Shown piece after piece: positions 53,385 through 64,000 of a DNA stretch of 64,000 nucleotides (positions are counted from its first letter, which is position 1; every line of letters starts with the position of its first letter). Location of the stretch: positions 186,001 through 250,000 of the forward strand of contig MCFH01000010.1 of the NCBI GenBank assembly GCA_002104945.1. Reading direction: 5' to 3'. The notes beneath the pieces were generated by a model, which was given only the letters and a program-made list of their open reading frames with translations, was not told where the DNA came from and searched no databases. Source of the DNA: Piromyces finnis finn (Eukaryota; Fungi; Neocallimastigomycota). Made by a program: the position numbers and the translations under genes.

Positions 53385-53695
53385 AAATAGGCAGTTTTCT
53401 CCGTTACAAGTGGTTTTTCCTCTGAAGTTTAGATTATTCGTAGGAAGGGGTATCAATAAATTCACAGATTACTAACTATGATCTTTGAGGGTTGTTTTCA
53501 TTGTTAACTATCCTTCGCTAATAAAGGTTCAAGGAGATCACTGGTGTTGATAGCTCGGTTTTGTGTAAAAGGATCGTTAAGAGCCATAGGTCATTTCATA
53601 TTAGCCCTGCCAGAGGGGTGATTGTGCCGACGTACAATAATGTATATTCACATACCATATATAACTCAGGGGGTTAGACGAAAATATATGGAAGT
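53385..53695. ncRNA. Unidentified GC-enriched, structured non-coding island (candidate ncRNA or small repeat remnant)
   Basis: Visibly higher GC than its flanks, stops in all frames I translated, and several nested or adjacent stems (see findings). No complete match to U1-U6, U3, RNase P/MRP, SRP or tRNA consensus. Confidence 0.4.
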
Positions 53696-54048
53696 CTTAA
53701 AAAAAAACCATACTTTTTTTTTTTTTTTGAATTGACAAAAATAAGAAAAAACATATTAATTATATTTTATCATCATTTATTTATTAAATATTCATTTTAT
53801 TCATTTAATTTAAATTTGGTGACATTTTATTAAATAAATATAATTTTAAATTTTTTATTATTGTATTACTTAATATTACATTATTATATATTACGTTTAT
53901 CAATGTATGATCCATAATTTTCATTATTATTATTATTTTTTTTTAAAAAAAAAGCTTGTTAATTAAAACGATTTTATAAAAAGATTATAAAATATTTTAT
54001 GAAAGAAAATGAAAAAAAAAAATATATATAATTTTTATAATTCCTTAT

Positions 54049-54543
54049 TTAATATAAAACTTCATATTCGTCATCATCTGCCCAAGATCCTAAACATTCA
54101 CTAGGTCCAACATATAATAAAGTTTCATTTCTAAGAATGATATCAATTCCATGTTCTGGTTCCCAACTACATAGACCAGCAATAGTATATCCAATATCAT
54201 TCTTTTTTTCCTTTGGTTTTTCATATATTATTAGTTCCGGTTGTGAAATATATTTTAGAATATCTCTTCCAGAAACATCTTTTGGAACTTTTTTATTTAT
54301 TTCTTTAACAAATTCATCATTCCATTCACTTAACATGTATTGATGATATGCTGAAATTCTTTCACAAATTTTATTAATTAATTTTTCATCAAGATTAGTA
54401 AGATGATTAGCACATTTCTCAGCATATACAAGGTCAGCATCTTCCTCAATAGTAACCGTAATATCTTTTTCCAGGAATGGACAATATATCAAGCCATTTA
54501 AAAAATATTCATTTTTTTTTGTAATATCTCTAATTAATGTCAT
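54049..54543 (-). CDS. Intronless 164-aa bacterial-like protein, resembling DUF6985-type small acidic proteins
   Basis: Clean ATG-to-TAA ORF with the C-terminal motif C-S-W-E-P-E-H-G-I-D-I-I-L-R-N-E-T-L-L-Y-V-G, matching my recollection of the bacterial CxWExEHG...VG family. No introns. Confidence 0.7.
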   Translation of the reverse strand: MTLIRDITKKNEYFLNGLIYCPFLEKDITVTIEEDADLVYAEKCANHLTNLDEKLINKICERISAYHQYMLSEWNDEFVKEINKKVPKDVSGRDILKYISQPELIIYEKPKEKKNDIGYTIAGLCSWEPEHGIDIILRNETLLYVGPSECLGSWADDDEYEVLY

Positions 54544-55274
54544 TTTTTTTTAGTTTTTATATATAATAATTTGTATTATTCTTGATGAATATTTTTTAAT
54601 TAATGGTAAAAAATAAAAAGGAATTATATATCAAATGATAGTTAATGAAATTATTTAGTTTTAAACAATTTTTTATTTCTTTTAAAGTAATAATAATAAG
54701 AAGAAGAATAGTAAGTCGTATATATATATATTTTTAATTTCTTATTTTAAAACTAAATTATGAATGAATTCATATATTCATTAAGTATACATAAACATGA
54801 ATAAAGTTTAAAACTTTTATTTTATTATTTAAAAAAGAAAAGTAAAGAATATTTTTAATAATTAAAGTATTTTCGGTTAATTTCTTTTTAAATAACCAGT
54901 TTTATAAATAAATGAAAATAGTTATTTAATTCATTCTATTTCTTCTAAAACAGAATTTATTACCTTTATACTCTAAAAACTTTAATGAATAACTAGTATT
55001 AATAGTAGCTTTCTTACTTTAATTAAAATTACTAGAATACATTATACCCAATTTTTATTCATTTGTGTTAAACATATTTTTTTTAATTTTTATTTTTACT
55101 TTTTATAGCATGTATTATAATTTTAATTAAATTAATAATAAAGCTTAAAATATTTGATGCTATTAAGAAAAAACAAACAAACTAGTACTTAATTTTATTA
55201 AATTGATTAAAACAATTATCCATTCATGGATAAATGAAATAATGAAAAAAAAACCCTTTAAGAAAAACACTATC

Positions 55275-56195
55275 TTACTATTACTATTACTATTTTACTA
55301 TTTTTACTATTACTATTACTATTACTTTACTATTACTATTTTTACTATTACTTTACTATTACTATTACTATTACTATTTATTATTTACTATTACTATTAC
55401 TATTACTATTACTATTACTATTACTATTACTATTATATTACTATTACTATTACTATTACTATTACTATTACTATTACTATTACTATTACTATTACTATTA
55501 CTATTACTATTACTATTACTATTACTATTACTATTACTATTACTATTACTATTACTATTACTATTACTATTACTTTACTATTACTATTACTATTACTATT
55601 ACTATTACTATTACTATTACTATTACTATTACTATTACTATTACTATTACTATTACTATTACTATTACTATTACTATTACTATTACTATTACTATTACTA
55701 TTACTATTACTATTACTATTACTATTACTATTACTATTACTATTACTATTACTATTACTATTACTATTACTATTACTATTACTATTACTATTACTATTAC
55801 TATTACTATTACTATTACTATTACTTTACTATTACTATTACTATTACTATTACTATTACTATTACTATTACTATTACTATTACTATTACTATTACTATTA
55901 CTATTACTATTACTATTACTATTACTATTACTATTACTATTACTATTACTATTACTATTACTATTACTATTACTATTACTATTACTATTACTATTACTAT
56001 TACTATTACTATTACTATATATTACTATTACTATTACTATTACTATTACTATTACTATTACTATTACTATTACTATTACTATTACTATTACTATTACTAT
56101 TACTATTACTATTACTATTACTTTACTATTACTATTACTATTACTATTACTATTACTATTACTTTGACTATTACTATTACTATTACTATTACTAT
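55275..56195. repeat. About 0.9 kb (TATTAC)n satellite-like microsatellite with periodic slips
   Basis: Read directly. It is the same unit as 4592-4705 and produces the spurious 339-aa poly-L/Y/IT ORF. Confidence 0.96.
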
Positions 56196-57691
56196 TGTGA
56201 AATAAATTTAATTAATAAATAATTTTATTAATAAAGTTAACAAAGAGAAAAAGTTACATTGTAAATATTACAGTCATATAATGTGATGTGATATACGTTT
56301 CTTTTATGTTGTAGCAATTTAATATTATTTTATTTATAATTTATTATATTAGATGAATATATTTTATTATTTCATTCTTCTAACAATTTCACTTCTTTAA
56401 TTATTATATTTAATTATTAATTATAAAGCCTCTTCTAATGAATTATTGAGCATGAATGGTATAGGAATGAATAAATATTAATATATAATATTAATATATG
56501 AGAATGTAATGAAATATGTACATCTATTCTATAATTAATATATAACTAATGTATTATAATATACATCAATTATATTATTATTATTATTATGAAATATTTG
56601 ATATAAATTTTTAAATCTGAAATTGAATATTTTAAATAATAAAAATTATTTTAAATAGGACTAAAGGGTAGCTAGACATATGAGTTTCATATCATAAAAT
56701 AAAAAAAATAAAAACTAACAATCCCTAAAACAAGTAGACATTACGTTTACAACACTTTTAATACATTTTTATAAGTTAACCACGTGTACACATAAATATA
56801 TGATATAAAAAATAAAATTATGTGTCCATAGATGTTCAAAACTATTACTATTATTGGTGTGAAAAGTAATTTTCATAATTACAATTTTTAATGTTTATTG
56901 ATTATTTTTAGCCATGCCCATGATTGCCATAATTTAATCTATTTATTTAAATTGAAAAAAAAATTAATTTAATAATTTTTTATGGAATGGCTCATTTATC
57001 CTTTTTCTTTATGTTGTCTTTTAATATATACAAATAAGGAAATTTTTTATAAAAAAAAACATCCCAAAAAAGTTTTAAATTTTTGGTATATCAATAAAAA
57101 TTAACAACTAAATAAATGTTTTTTTTTTTTTTTTTTTTTTTTGAATGAAGAATACTTTTTTTTTTTTTTTATATAAAAAATACAAAAACAAGACTGAATT
57201 TATAAAGTTTTAATTATTGAATAATGTTTAATTATTATTATCATTATTCTTATTATTCAAGAAAAATAATATGAATAAATAGTAATAAATAGTAAAATAT
57301 TAATGGATTAAATTGAATAAAATATTTTAAGATTTATCTATAAATTAATTAAATAATAAATTAAAATGTTACTTAAATATTTAAATGATGAAACAGATAA
57401 AATAATAAAATTCATATTAATTATTAATAATTATTATTATTTTTACTATAAATAAGATTAAATATTATTTGTATCATAAATTATAATTATTATCTCTTAA
57501 TACCAACTCTTATTACTTTTACTATTATATTTTATATATTCTATAATCTATGTTATTATTACACTATGCTATTATTATTCTATATTATTTAGGTGTCAAG
57601 CAAACAATAAATTATATACTTTATTAGCGATTAATTTAGGTTTTATAATTTCGTCAATTTTATAAATATAATTTAGGATAAAGAACTACTA

Positions 57692-58000
57692 TTGTTACAT
57701 TTTATTATTCAAACTACATGTATTTTATATTTTATTGTGGCTTAAATATGCATTGAATATATTGAATACATTACATACAACTGCGTTTCAATATATTTCA
57801 ATACATATGACATAACGTTTCAAATATTCTAGCATTTCCCCTTAAACCTAGTTTTTCTACTAATTTATGATAAAGAACATGTTACATTCTATTCAAACTA
57901 CATGTACTTATACATTTGCATTGTGGCTTAAATATTTATTTGAATATAGTATATACAAATACATTTTAATACATGTGTCATAACGTTTCATATATCCTAA
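57692..58000. repeat. Degenerate direct duplication with a period of about 190 bp
   Basis: Shared blocks gttacatt, tattcaaactacatgta, attgtggcttaaatat, aatacat.tg.cataacgtttca occur at about 57692-57830 and 57880-58000. Confidence 0.8.
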
Positions 58001-58106
58001 CAAATTAACAGGATTAAATTGTATTTTCCAGTTCAGTTTGTTCAGTTTGTTATTTCTTCTATCAAAGGATGATATATTAACCATTATACTTTAAATATAT
58101 TGGTAT

Positions 58107-58300
58107 AATTTTAATTTCTATCAAGAAACAATAAAAGTATATTAAATAATATATTATAAAATAAAGGAATGTATATATTAAAATATATTATAAATATATT
58201 TATTAATTTTAATTTCTATCAAGAAATAATAAAAGTATATTAAATAATATATTATAAAATAAAGGAATGTATATATTAAAATATATTATAAATATATTTA
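58107..58300. repeat. Near-perfect 98-bp tandem duplication
   Basis: aattttaatttctatcaagaaa(c/t)aataaaagtatattaaataatatattataaaataaaggaatgtatatattaaaatatattataaatatatttat starts at 58107 and again at 58205. Confidence 0.92.
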
Positions 58301-59516
58301 TATTTAATTTATATAAATTAAATAGCATAAGGCTTGATATAAAGGCTTGATTTTTTTATATCTATGATTTATTATTCATTTATTTTTTAATTATTTTGTA
58401 ATTTATTATTATATTAGAATATATTACAAATTAAATATTTAAATTGATTAATTATTAAAGTTTTTATTTCTAATAGATTATTTATATTAATAATTTGTTC
58501 CTGACTTAATTACAAAACATAAAATCAAAATAATATATTTATGGTATAATATATAATAATAAATATGGATATATTATTGAGTATTTATTTTCATATATTA
58601 TTAAAAAGTATCATTTTTTTGTGGTTAGAATCATCTGAAAATTTTGAAATTTTTTTAAACAATAATATATAGATTATATTTTATTTTATATTGTATGTCT
58701 CATTGATTTCATATATTACAATTAATTTAAATATACGGATTTAATTATATTGAGTTATATTAAAAGAAATTAAAACTTTAAAAATAAAAATAAAAACAAG
58801 CAAAATAGAATAAAAAAAAATGAAAAAATAAATATTAAAAAATTGATGATTGAAAAAAAGGTTATTCAATAGAAAAATTTCAAAATTTTATTTATTTTTA
58901 GTTTTCCTATTTAAATAATAAAATAGTATCAAAAAAGGTAAAAGAAAAAAAAATAATTTAAAAATATTTATTCCATTGAATTTTTATTTTAATAGAGTAA
59001 AAATAATAAATTAGAAAAAGAAAGGTAGTGTATTAAAGTAAAAAGAAGAAATATATAAAAAGTTAAAATAATAAAAAAGGAAATTGTATTACTCATTGGA
59101 AGTATAAATTATATAAAAGTGTTCAAAAAGTATATATTTTTTAATAAGATAGCAAAGTTATTGTAACTAAATAGAAGCATAAAACTTGTTTTATTAAGGA
59201 AAAAACTCGATGAAATAATAATAGCAATAATTATCAAAAAAAAAAAAAAGATAAATAATAAAAACTTTGCATATCGGAGTGTTAAAAAAAGAACATCTAA
59301 ACAATATAAATTGTTAAAATGATGAAGAAAAAAAAAAAAAACTTTTTTTGTGAAATAAAAATAAATATAAAAGTTTTATTAACCTTATTTTTTATATCTT
59401 TATATTTTAATAGGTTTATACCTTTACAGAAAAAAACTATTTTCATTTTTTTTTACTTCATATATTTTTTTTGATATATATATATCAAATATTTTCATAA
59501 ATAATTTTATACTGTC

Positions 59517-59723
59517 ATGGATGACTTACAAAATCATTTTCAATCCTTATCTTTAAATGCTATGCCAATACCAATGATACCAAAGGAAACTACTTCTCCT
59601 TCACCAAATTTCCTTCCTTCTTGTGCTAGCCCATTCTGTCAATATAATTATGAATTATATCCCATGGTTGGAAGACAACAAATAAATTCTGACTACATAG
59701 ATAATAGTATGGATATGTCATAA
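59517..59723 (+). CDS. Putative 68-aa small protein, no family recognised
   Basis: ATG-to-TAA ORF with coding-like composition clearly richer in C and G than its flanks; S/P-rich (MDDLQNHFQSLSLNAMPIPMIPKETTSPSPNFLPSC...). Confidence 0.5.
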   Translation: MDDLQNHFQSLSLNAMPIPMIPKETTSPSPNFLPSCASPFCQYNYELYPMVGRQQINSDYIDNSMDMS

Positions 59724-60748
59724 TAGATAACATCATAGATGAATGAATAACCTTTTTTTTATAAAAAAAAAAGGTATAGCTAATGCCTATTACTTTATAT
59801 TAGTATCGAAAAGAAAAAAATTAAAAAAAAAAAAATTTTTTTTTTTTAATTAAAATAATATCACTTAAAAATGTATATAAAAATAAATATCGAAAAAATA
59901 ATAGATAAAGAAAATAGAAAATATTTATATATATTTATATTATCTCTATCATTATTTTGAAACTTTTCAAATTATCTAATCATCCTATAAACTATCATCA
60001 TTATCTTTTTTATATTTTTAAAAAAAATATATATATATAAATAGATATATATTATTTTAAACTTTTAAAAAAAAAAAAGATTTTTCCTCTTTTTTTTTTT
60101 TTGTAATACACGTTTTAACAAATAATAAAAATTAAAATAAAAATTATATATTTTAAAAAAGTTTTTTTTTTTTTTAAAAATTTCTTTGTAGAAAAAATTT
60201 AATTTTTTCTTTTTTTTCTTCTTGTAAAAACATAATAGGATACACAAAATTCTTATCATATACATTATGCGTCGTCATTTTTGTTAAATTATATTTTATA
60301 AATAGGCTTTATTAAATTATGTATTAAAAACTAAAAATAAATTTATTTTAAATAAATTACAAAAAAAAAAATATTAAATATGTAAGATATAAATTGAATA
60401 AAAAATGGATGTAGTAATTTAATAAAATTCTTTGTTATTATTATATATATATATAAAAAAATAAACAATAATAATAATAATAATTATTAATTATATAGAT
60501 ACAGATATTTTGTGGGGTTATTTCTGCTTTCTTTTTCTTTTTTTTTTTTTTTTTATTATTTTAATTTTAACAATGTGTTTCGTTATTTTGGTTTTAAAAC
60601 TTTTTATCATTACTATTGTTTTACACTATTTATTAAAACTTTAGTATTGGAATTAAAACACTTTAAAAGTTCTTTACTGGTGGAAAACGTTTAGGCGATA
60701 TAATATAACCAATATTCAAATAATCACAATAATAAAAAAAAAAAGGTA

Positions 60749-63450
60749 TCAATAAGTTATGGCTGATGGGCTAAGGTTATAATTGCTTGAAAAATTATCA
60801 CCAAATGAGGAATAAGTTGAAAATGAAACATCATATTTAGAACGAGATTCATTAGTCGAATTAGCCTTTCTAACTAAATTGGTACCAAAATTATAATCAG
60901 AGAATTGACTATATTTTGTGTTGACTGGATTGGAAGACGAAGAAGGACCAAAGTGGTCATAAGCTGAAGGAATATTGTAGGGTGATGATGATGATTGACT
61001 TGGATATGGAGAAGAATATGATCTACTATTATAATAGTTTTGAGGATCATATTTTGAATGTGAATAATCAGATGGTGGATCGTATTTTGATGAAGTGGAA
61101 GTTGGGAAACCACCATAAATAGATGGATCATAGGAAACACCACCATTATATGGAGATGGTTCGTATTTTGAAGTAGTACTCATACCGTATGAATAGGTTG
61201 ATGGATTGTAGGAAGAGTTGGTTGACATAGAAGTACCTGGATAGAGAGAAGAAGAAGTAGACATTGGTGGATCATATTTTGAAGAGGATGACATACCACC
61301 ATAGATTGAAGAAGAAATTGATCCAATTTTATTAGAATCATTTTGATTTTCTCCTACGATTGATGATCCATAGGTATATGAAACTGGACGTCTCTTCTTT
61401 TCTTTAATCTTTTCATTTTTTGATACTGGTTTTTTTACTTCAGTACCATCTACTGGTTGTGGCTCTTCTGTTAATTTATCAGTAATGCTAGTTTCTGATT
61501 TTGGTGTATTATCCTCGGAACTATTTTGGTTACTGTTCATACCCATGTAGAAACTGCTCTTATTTTTATCGGCCATAAAGTCTGTTGGACTATTATTTTT
61601 AGCAACAGCTTCGGTAAAGTTACCAAAAACACCTCCAATTTTTCTTACAGTACGCTTATTATTCTTAATCTCTTTACCTTTCTTTTCTATAATATTGCTT
61701 TGTTTAGCATCTATACTACATCCAGGGCATGGAATTGGTTTTCCATGTTTTGATACTCTTGGAACATCATAACCAGCGTTAATACGAACTAATTCAATAT
61801 GATAATCAGTAAAATCGTTATTGTCCCAATAGGTATTATTGTTAACTTCATAGCGTGCAACTAATAACATCTTTGTTGGTTTTTGATTACAAATGTGTCC
61901 TGGCTTTTCTTCTAATACAAAGTATTTACCAACTTTAATACGAGCAACGAAACAATCTAAACCAACAACACCTTTAATATCATCATCTTCTTTGGTAGAT
62001 TCACGTATACATTTAACATATTTAGCTTCAACTTCGTTAAAAGATTTCCATTTGTTTGTAGTATACCGAATAACAACCTTTTTTTCATAATTCAAATTTT
62101 GAACATTCAAAGTAACTTTTAAGCAGGTTAATTTATCATCAGTTTCTTCTGGATCATCCTTAACTAATTTAAATGATTGAATACTAACTGGTAATTCATA
62201 TTGAACATGTTTTGCCTTTGATGATTTAAACTTTTGAATATGAATAACATTTCTTGGTACTGGTGACCAAGCATTTTCATATCCACGAAGTTCTGAAAAT
62301 TCTTTATCTTTTAAATCGCTTTCTGGATCATCAATCTTAACTTCTACCTTTGCATCCTTAATACTCTCTGGTTTATCAGTAGTAGCGAATAAACAAATAG
62401 ATTTAAAGCTATTAGTACTAAAATTAACAGATTTTTTTCTTTTTACTTTTTCCGGTGGTGAATTATTTTCATTCATTTCAGTAAGTGGAGTTAATGGTGC
62501 TAATATACCTGGAAGAGATAATGCTTTTTTATGTGACTTTTCTTTTTTCTTTCTTAATATTTCTTTTTCACTCTTTGATTCTATTTTTGCTAATGATTTT
62601 TCTTTTTGTAAAAACTTTTCTGTATCACTAACTTCTATATTTGTTTCATCAATTGGAATGGGTTTTTCATTCTCAATTTCAGGTTTTGCTTCAGCCTTTT
62701 CCTTTTCTTCTTTATTATCACTTTTTTCTTCATTCTTTTTTATTTCTAACATTTGTTTTTTTTCTTCATCTGTTCTTTCTTCACTCTTTTTTATTTCTAA
62801 TACTTCTTTCTTTTCATCAATTTTTTCATCACTCTTTTTCACTTCTAATACTTGTTCTTCTATTTTTTTATCAATTTTACTATTTTGTTCTTTTTGTTTG
62901 TTTTCAACCTTTTCTATGGTATCAGTATTAATATTAGATTTCTTAGGGTTCATTTTTTTAGAATTACCCAATTGCTTTTTCTTTTGAAGACCAAAAGTAA
63001 TTTCTGATAACTTACTTTCATTATTAGATTTAGTAGGCTTTATTTTCTTAATTAATAATTGATTATTTTTAGAAAGGTTTGATTTAGCATAAGTAGAAGG
63101 AATATTATTAGTCTTTGATGGAGAGTATATAACTGTAGAGTGTTTAGTAAATAAATATGAAGATGAAGGCGAACTGTTATGTAATATTACTTTTTCTTGA
63201 CAGTTTTCAATAAGAGAAGAAATAGTTTTATTAAGTGATTCTTTTAAACTTTGATGTGACAAACTACCATTAGCAGTTGCTGATGATGGAGAAATAAGAC
63301 TTGGTGAAGGAGAATTTGTGCTTCCTAATCTTATTTTTGCATTACAACGATATTTTGAATTTGGAATAGAAACAGCATTAGTATTTGAAGGAAATCGTGG
63401 TGAAGATGCTACTGCACCTGTTGGTTCATGATCTAGTATAAAATAATTTC

Positions 63451-63482
<32 letters not shown>

Positions 63483-63586
63483 GATTGTTTTTGTTCCATA
63501 TTATTTCCCTTAATAACTGAGTCACTTTTATTATTTAATAAAAGTGATTCTAAACTATTGGATAATTCGTTAGTAATAACTGACAT
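60749..63586 (-). CDS. CBM21 carbohydrate-binding protein, probable glycogen-targeting PP1 regulatory subunit (Gac1/PPP1R3-like), 945 aa, intronless
   Basis: RVxF-type motif RKKSVNF upstream of a CBM21 domain (LNVQNLNYEKKVVIRYTTNKWKS...RYEVNNNTYWDNN). Low-complexity termini. Confidence 0.85.
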
Positions 63587-64000
63587 TGCTTCCTTTTATT
63601 ATTTAATTTAAAAAATATATATAATTCACTATTTTTATTTATATATATCTTTCAATTTTGAAATAATAAATATTATTAACAATTTTTTTGTTAATATATA
63701 TTTGAATTGTATAAAATTTAGTTATGCTTTTTTTCTGTTATTTCAAAGAAAATTTTTTTTTTTATTTTATTTTTTTGGGTTTGATTTTAAACTAAAAAAG
63801 AAATTTCTAAGCTCTAAATATTTTTAAACTAGGGTATTAAAGGTAGGGTTATTTATTTTATTATTTATCAGATAATAACATATAAAAAAAATAATATATA
63901 TAATAATAGAAAGTTAGTTTTAAAGATTAAATTTTATTTAATAATATATTAAATCTAAAATAATATCTAATTAAAGCAAATTTTCAAGTGATTTCTTTTC

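Noticed and set aside
53408-53450. Minus-strand UUCCUA...AAACCAC resembles the snR30/U17 m1 and m2 motifs
   Set aside because: m1 lacks UAUUCC, the flanking basal stem does not form, and the nearest ACA is too far away.
53452-53486. Minus-strand AAGAUCAUAGUUAGUAAUCUGU resembles U2 snRNA (AAGAUCAAGUGUAGUAUCUGU)
   Set aside because: The invariant GUGUAGUA branch-pairing sequence, stem I and the Sm site do not match.
53511-53536. Minus-strand CUCCUUGAACCU...AGCGAAGGA resembles the 3' half of a TPP riboswitch
   Set aside because: The P5 hairpin (GAUCNGGNUAAUNCC) and the upstream UGAGA/P2-P3 elements are missing.
53548-53568. Minus-strand ACACAAAACCGAGCUA resembles the RNase P/MRP CR-V motif
   Set aside because: There is no complementary CR-I (GAAAG-U-CUCGG type) upstream, and it lies mid-island rather than at a 3' end.

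Overview
Extremely AT-rich, intron-rich eukaryotic DNA, most consistent with an anaerobic gut fungus (Neocallimastigomycota). This assignment is inferred from composition, short GT-AG introns, flagellar genes and rumen-Firmicute-like intronless genes. I could reconstruct about 15 protein genes by splicing by eye: an orphan low-complexity protein, glutamate 5-kinase, RPT2, a bacterial-type O-acetylhomoserine sulfhydrylase (MetY), FAM192A/Fyv6, PSO2/SNM1, two intact SEC11 paralogs, RPC25, SAC3/GANP, CDK20, a two-RRM protein, NME7, PPIL1, a bacterial-like 164-aa protein and a CBM21/PP1-targeting protein. There is also a probable 68-aa small ORF. Non-coding highlights are (i) a hairpin at 15674-15733 whose internal loop exactly fits the conserved 18S rRNA pseudouridine site AGACGA-U-C-AGAUA (snR31/SNORA8-type H/ACA guide) and (ii) an unexplained ~310-nt GC-enriched, multi-hairpin, non-coding island at 53385-53695. 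That island lies next to the putative horizontally acquired gene in a gene-poor patch with a ~0.9-kb microsatellite and local duplications. No CRISPR, tRNA, rRNA or recognisable intact transposon was found. All family assignments come from motif recognition, not from database searches.
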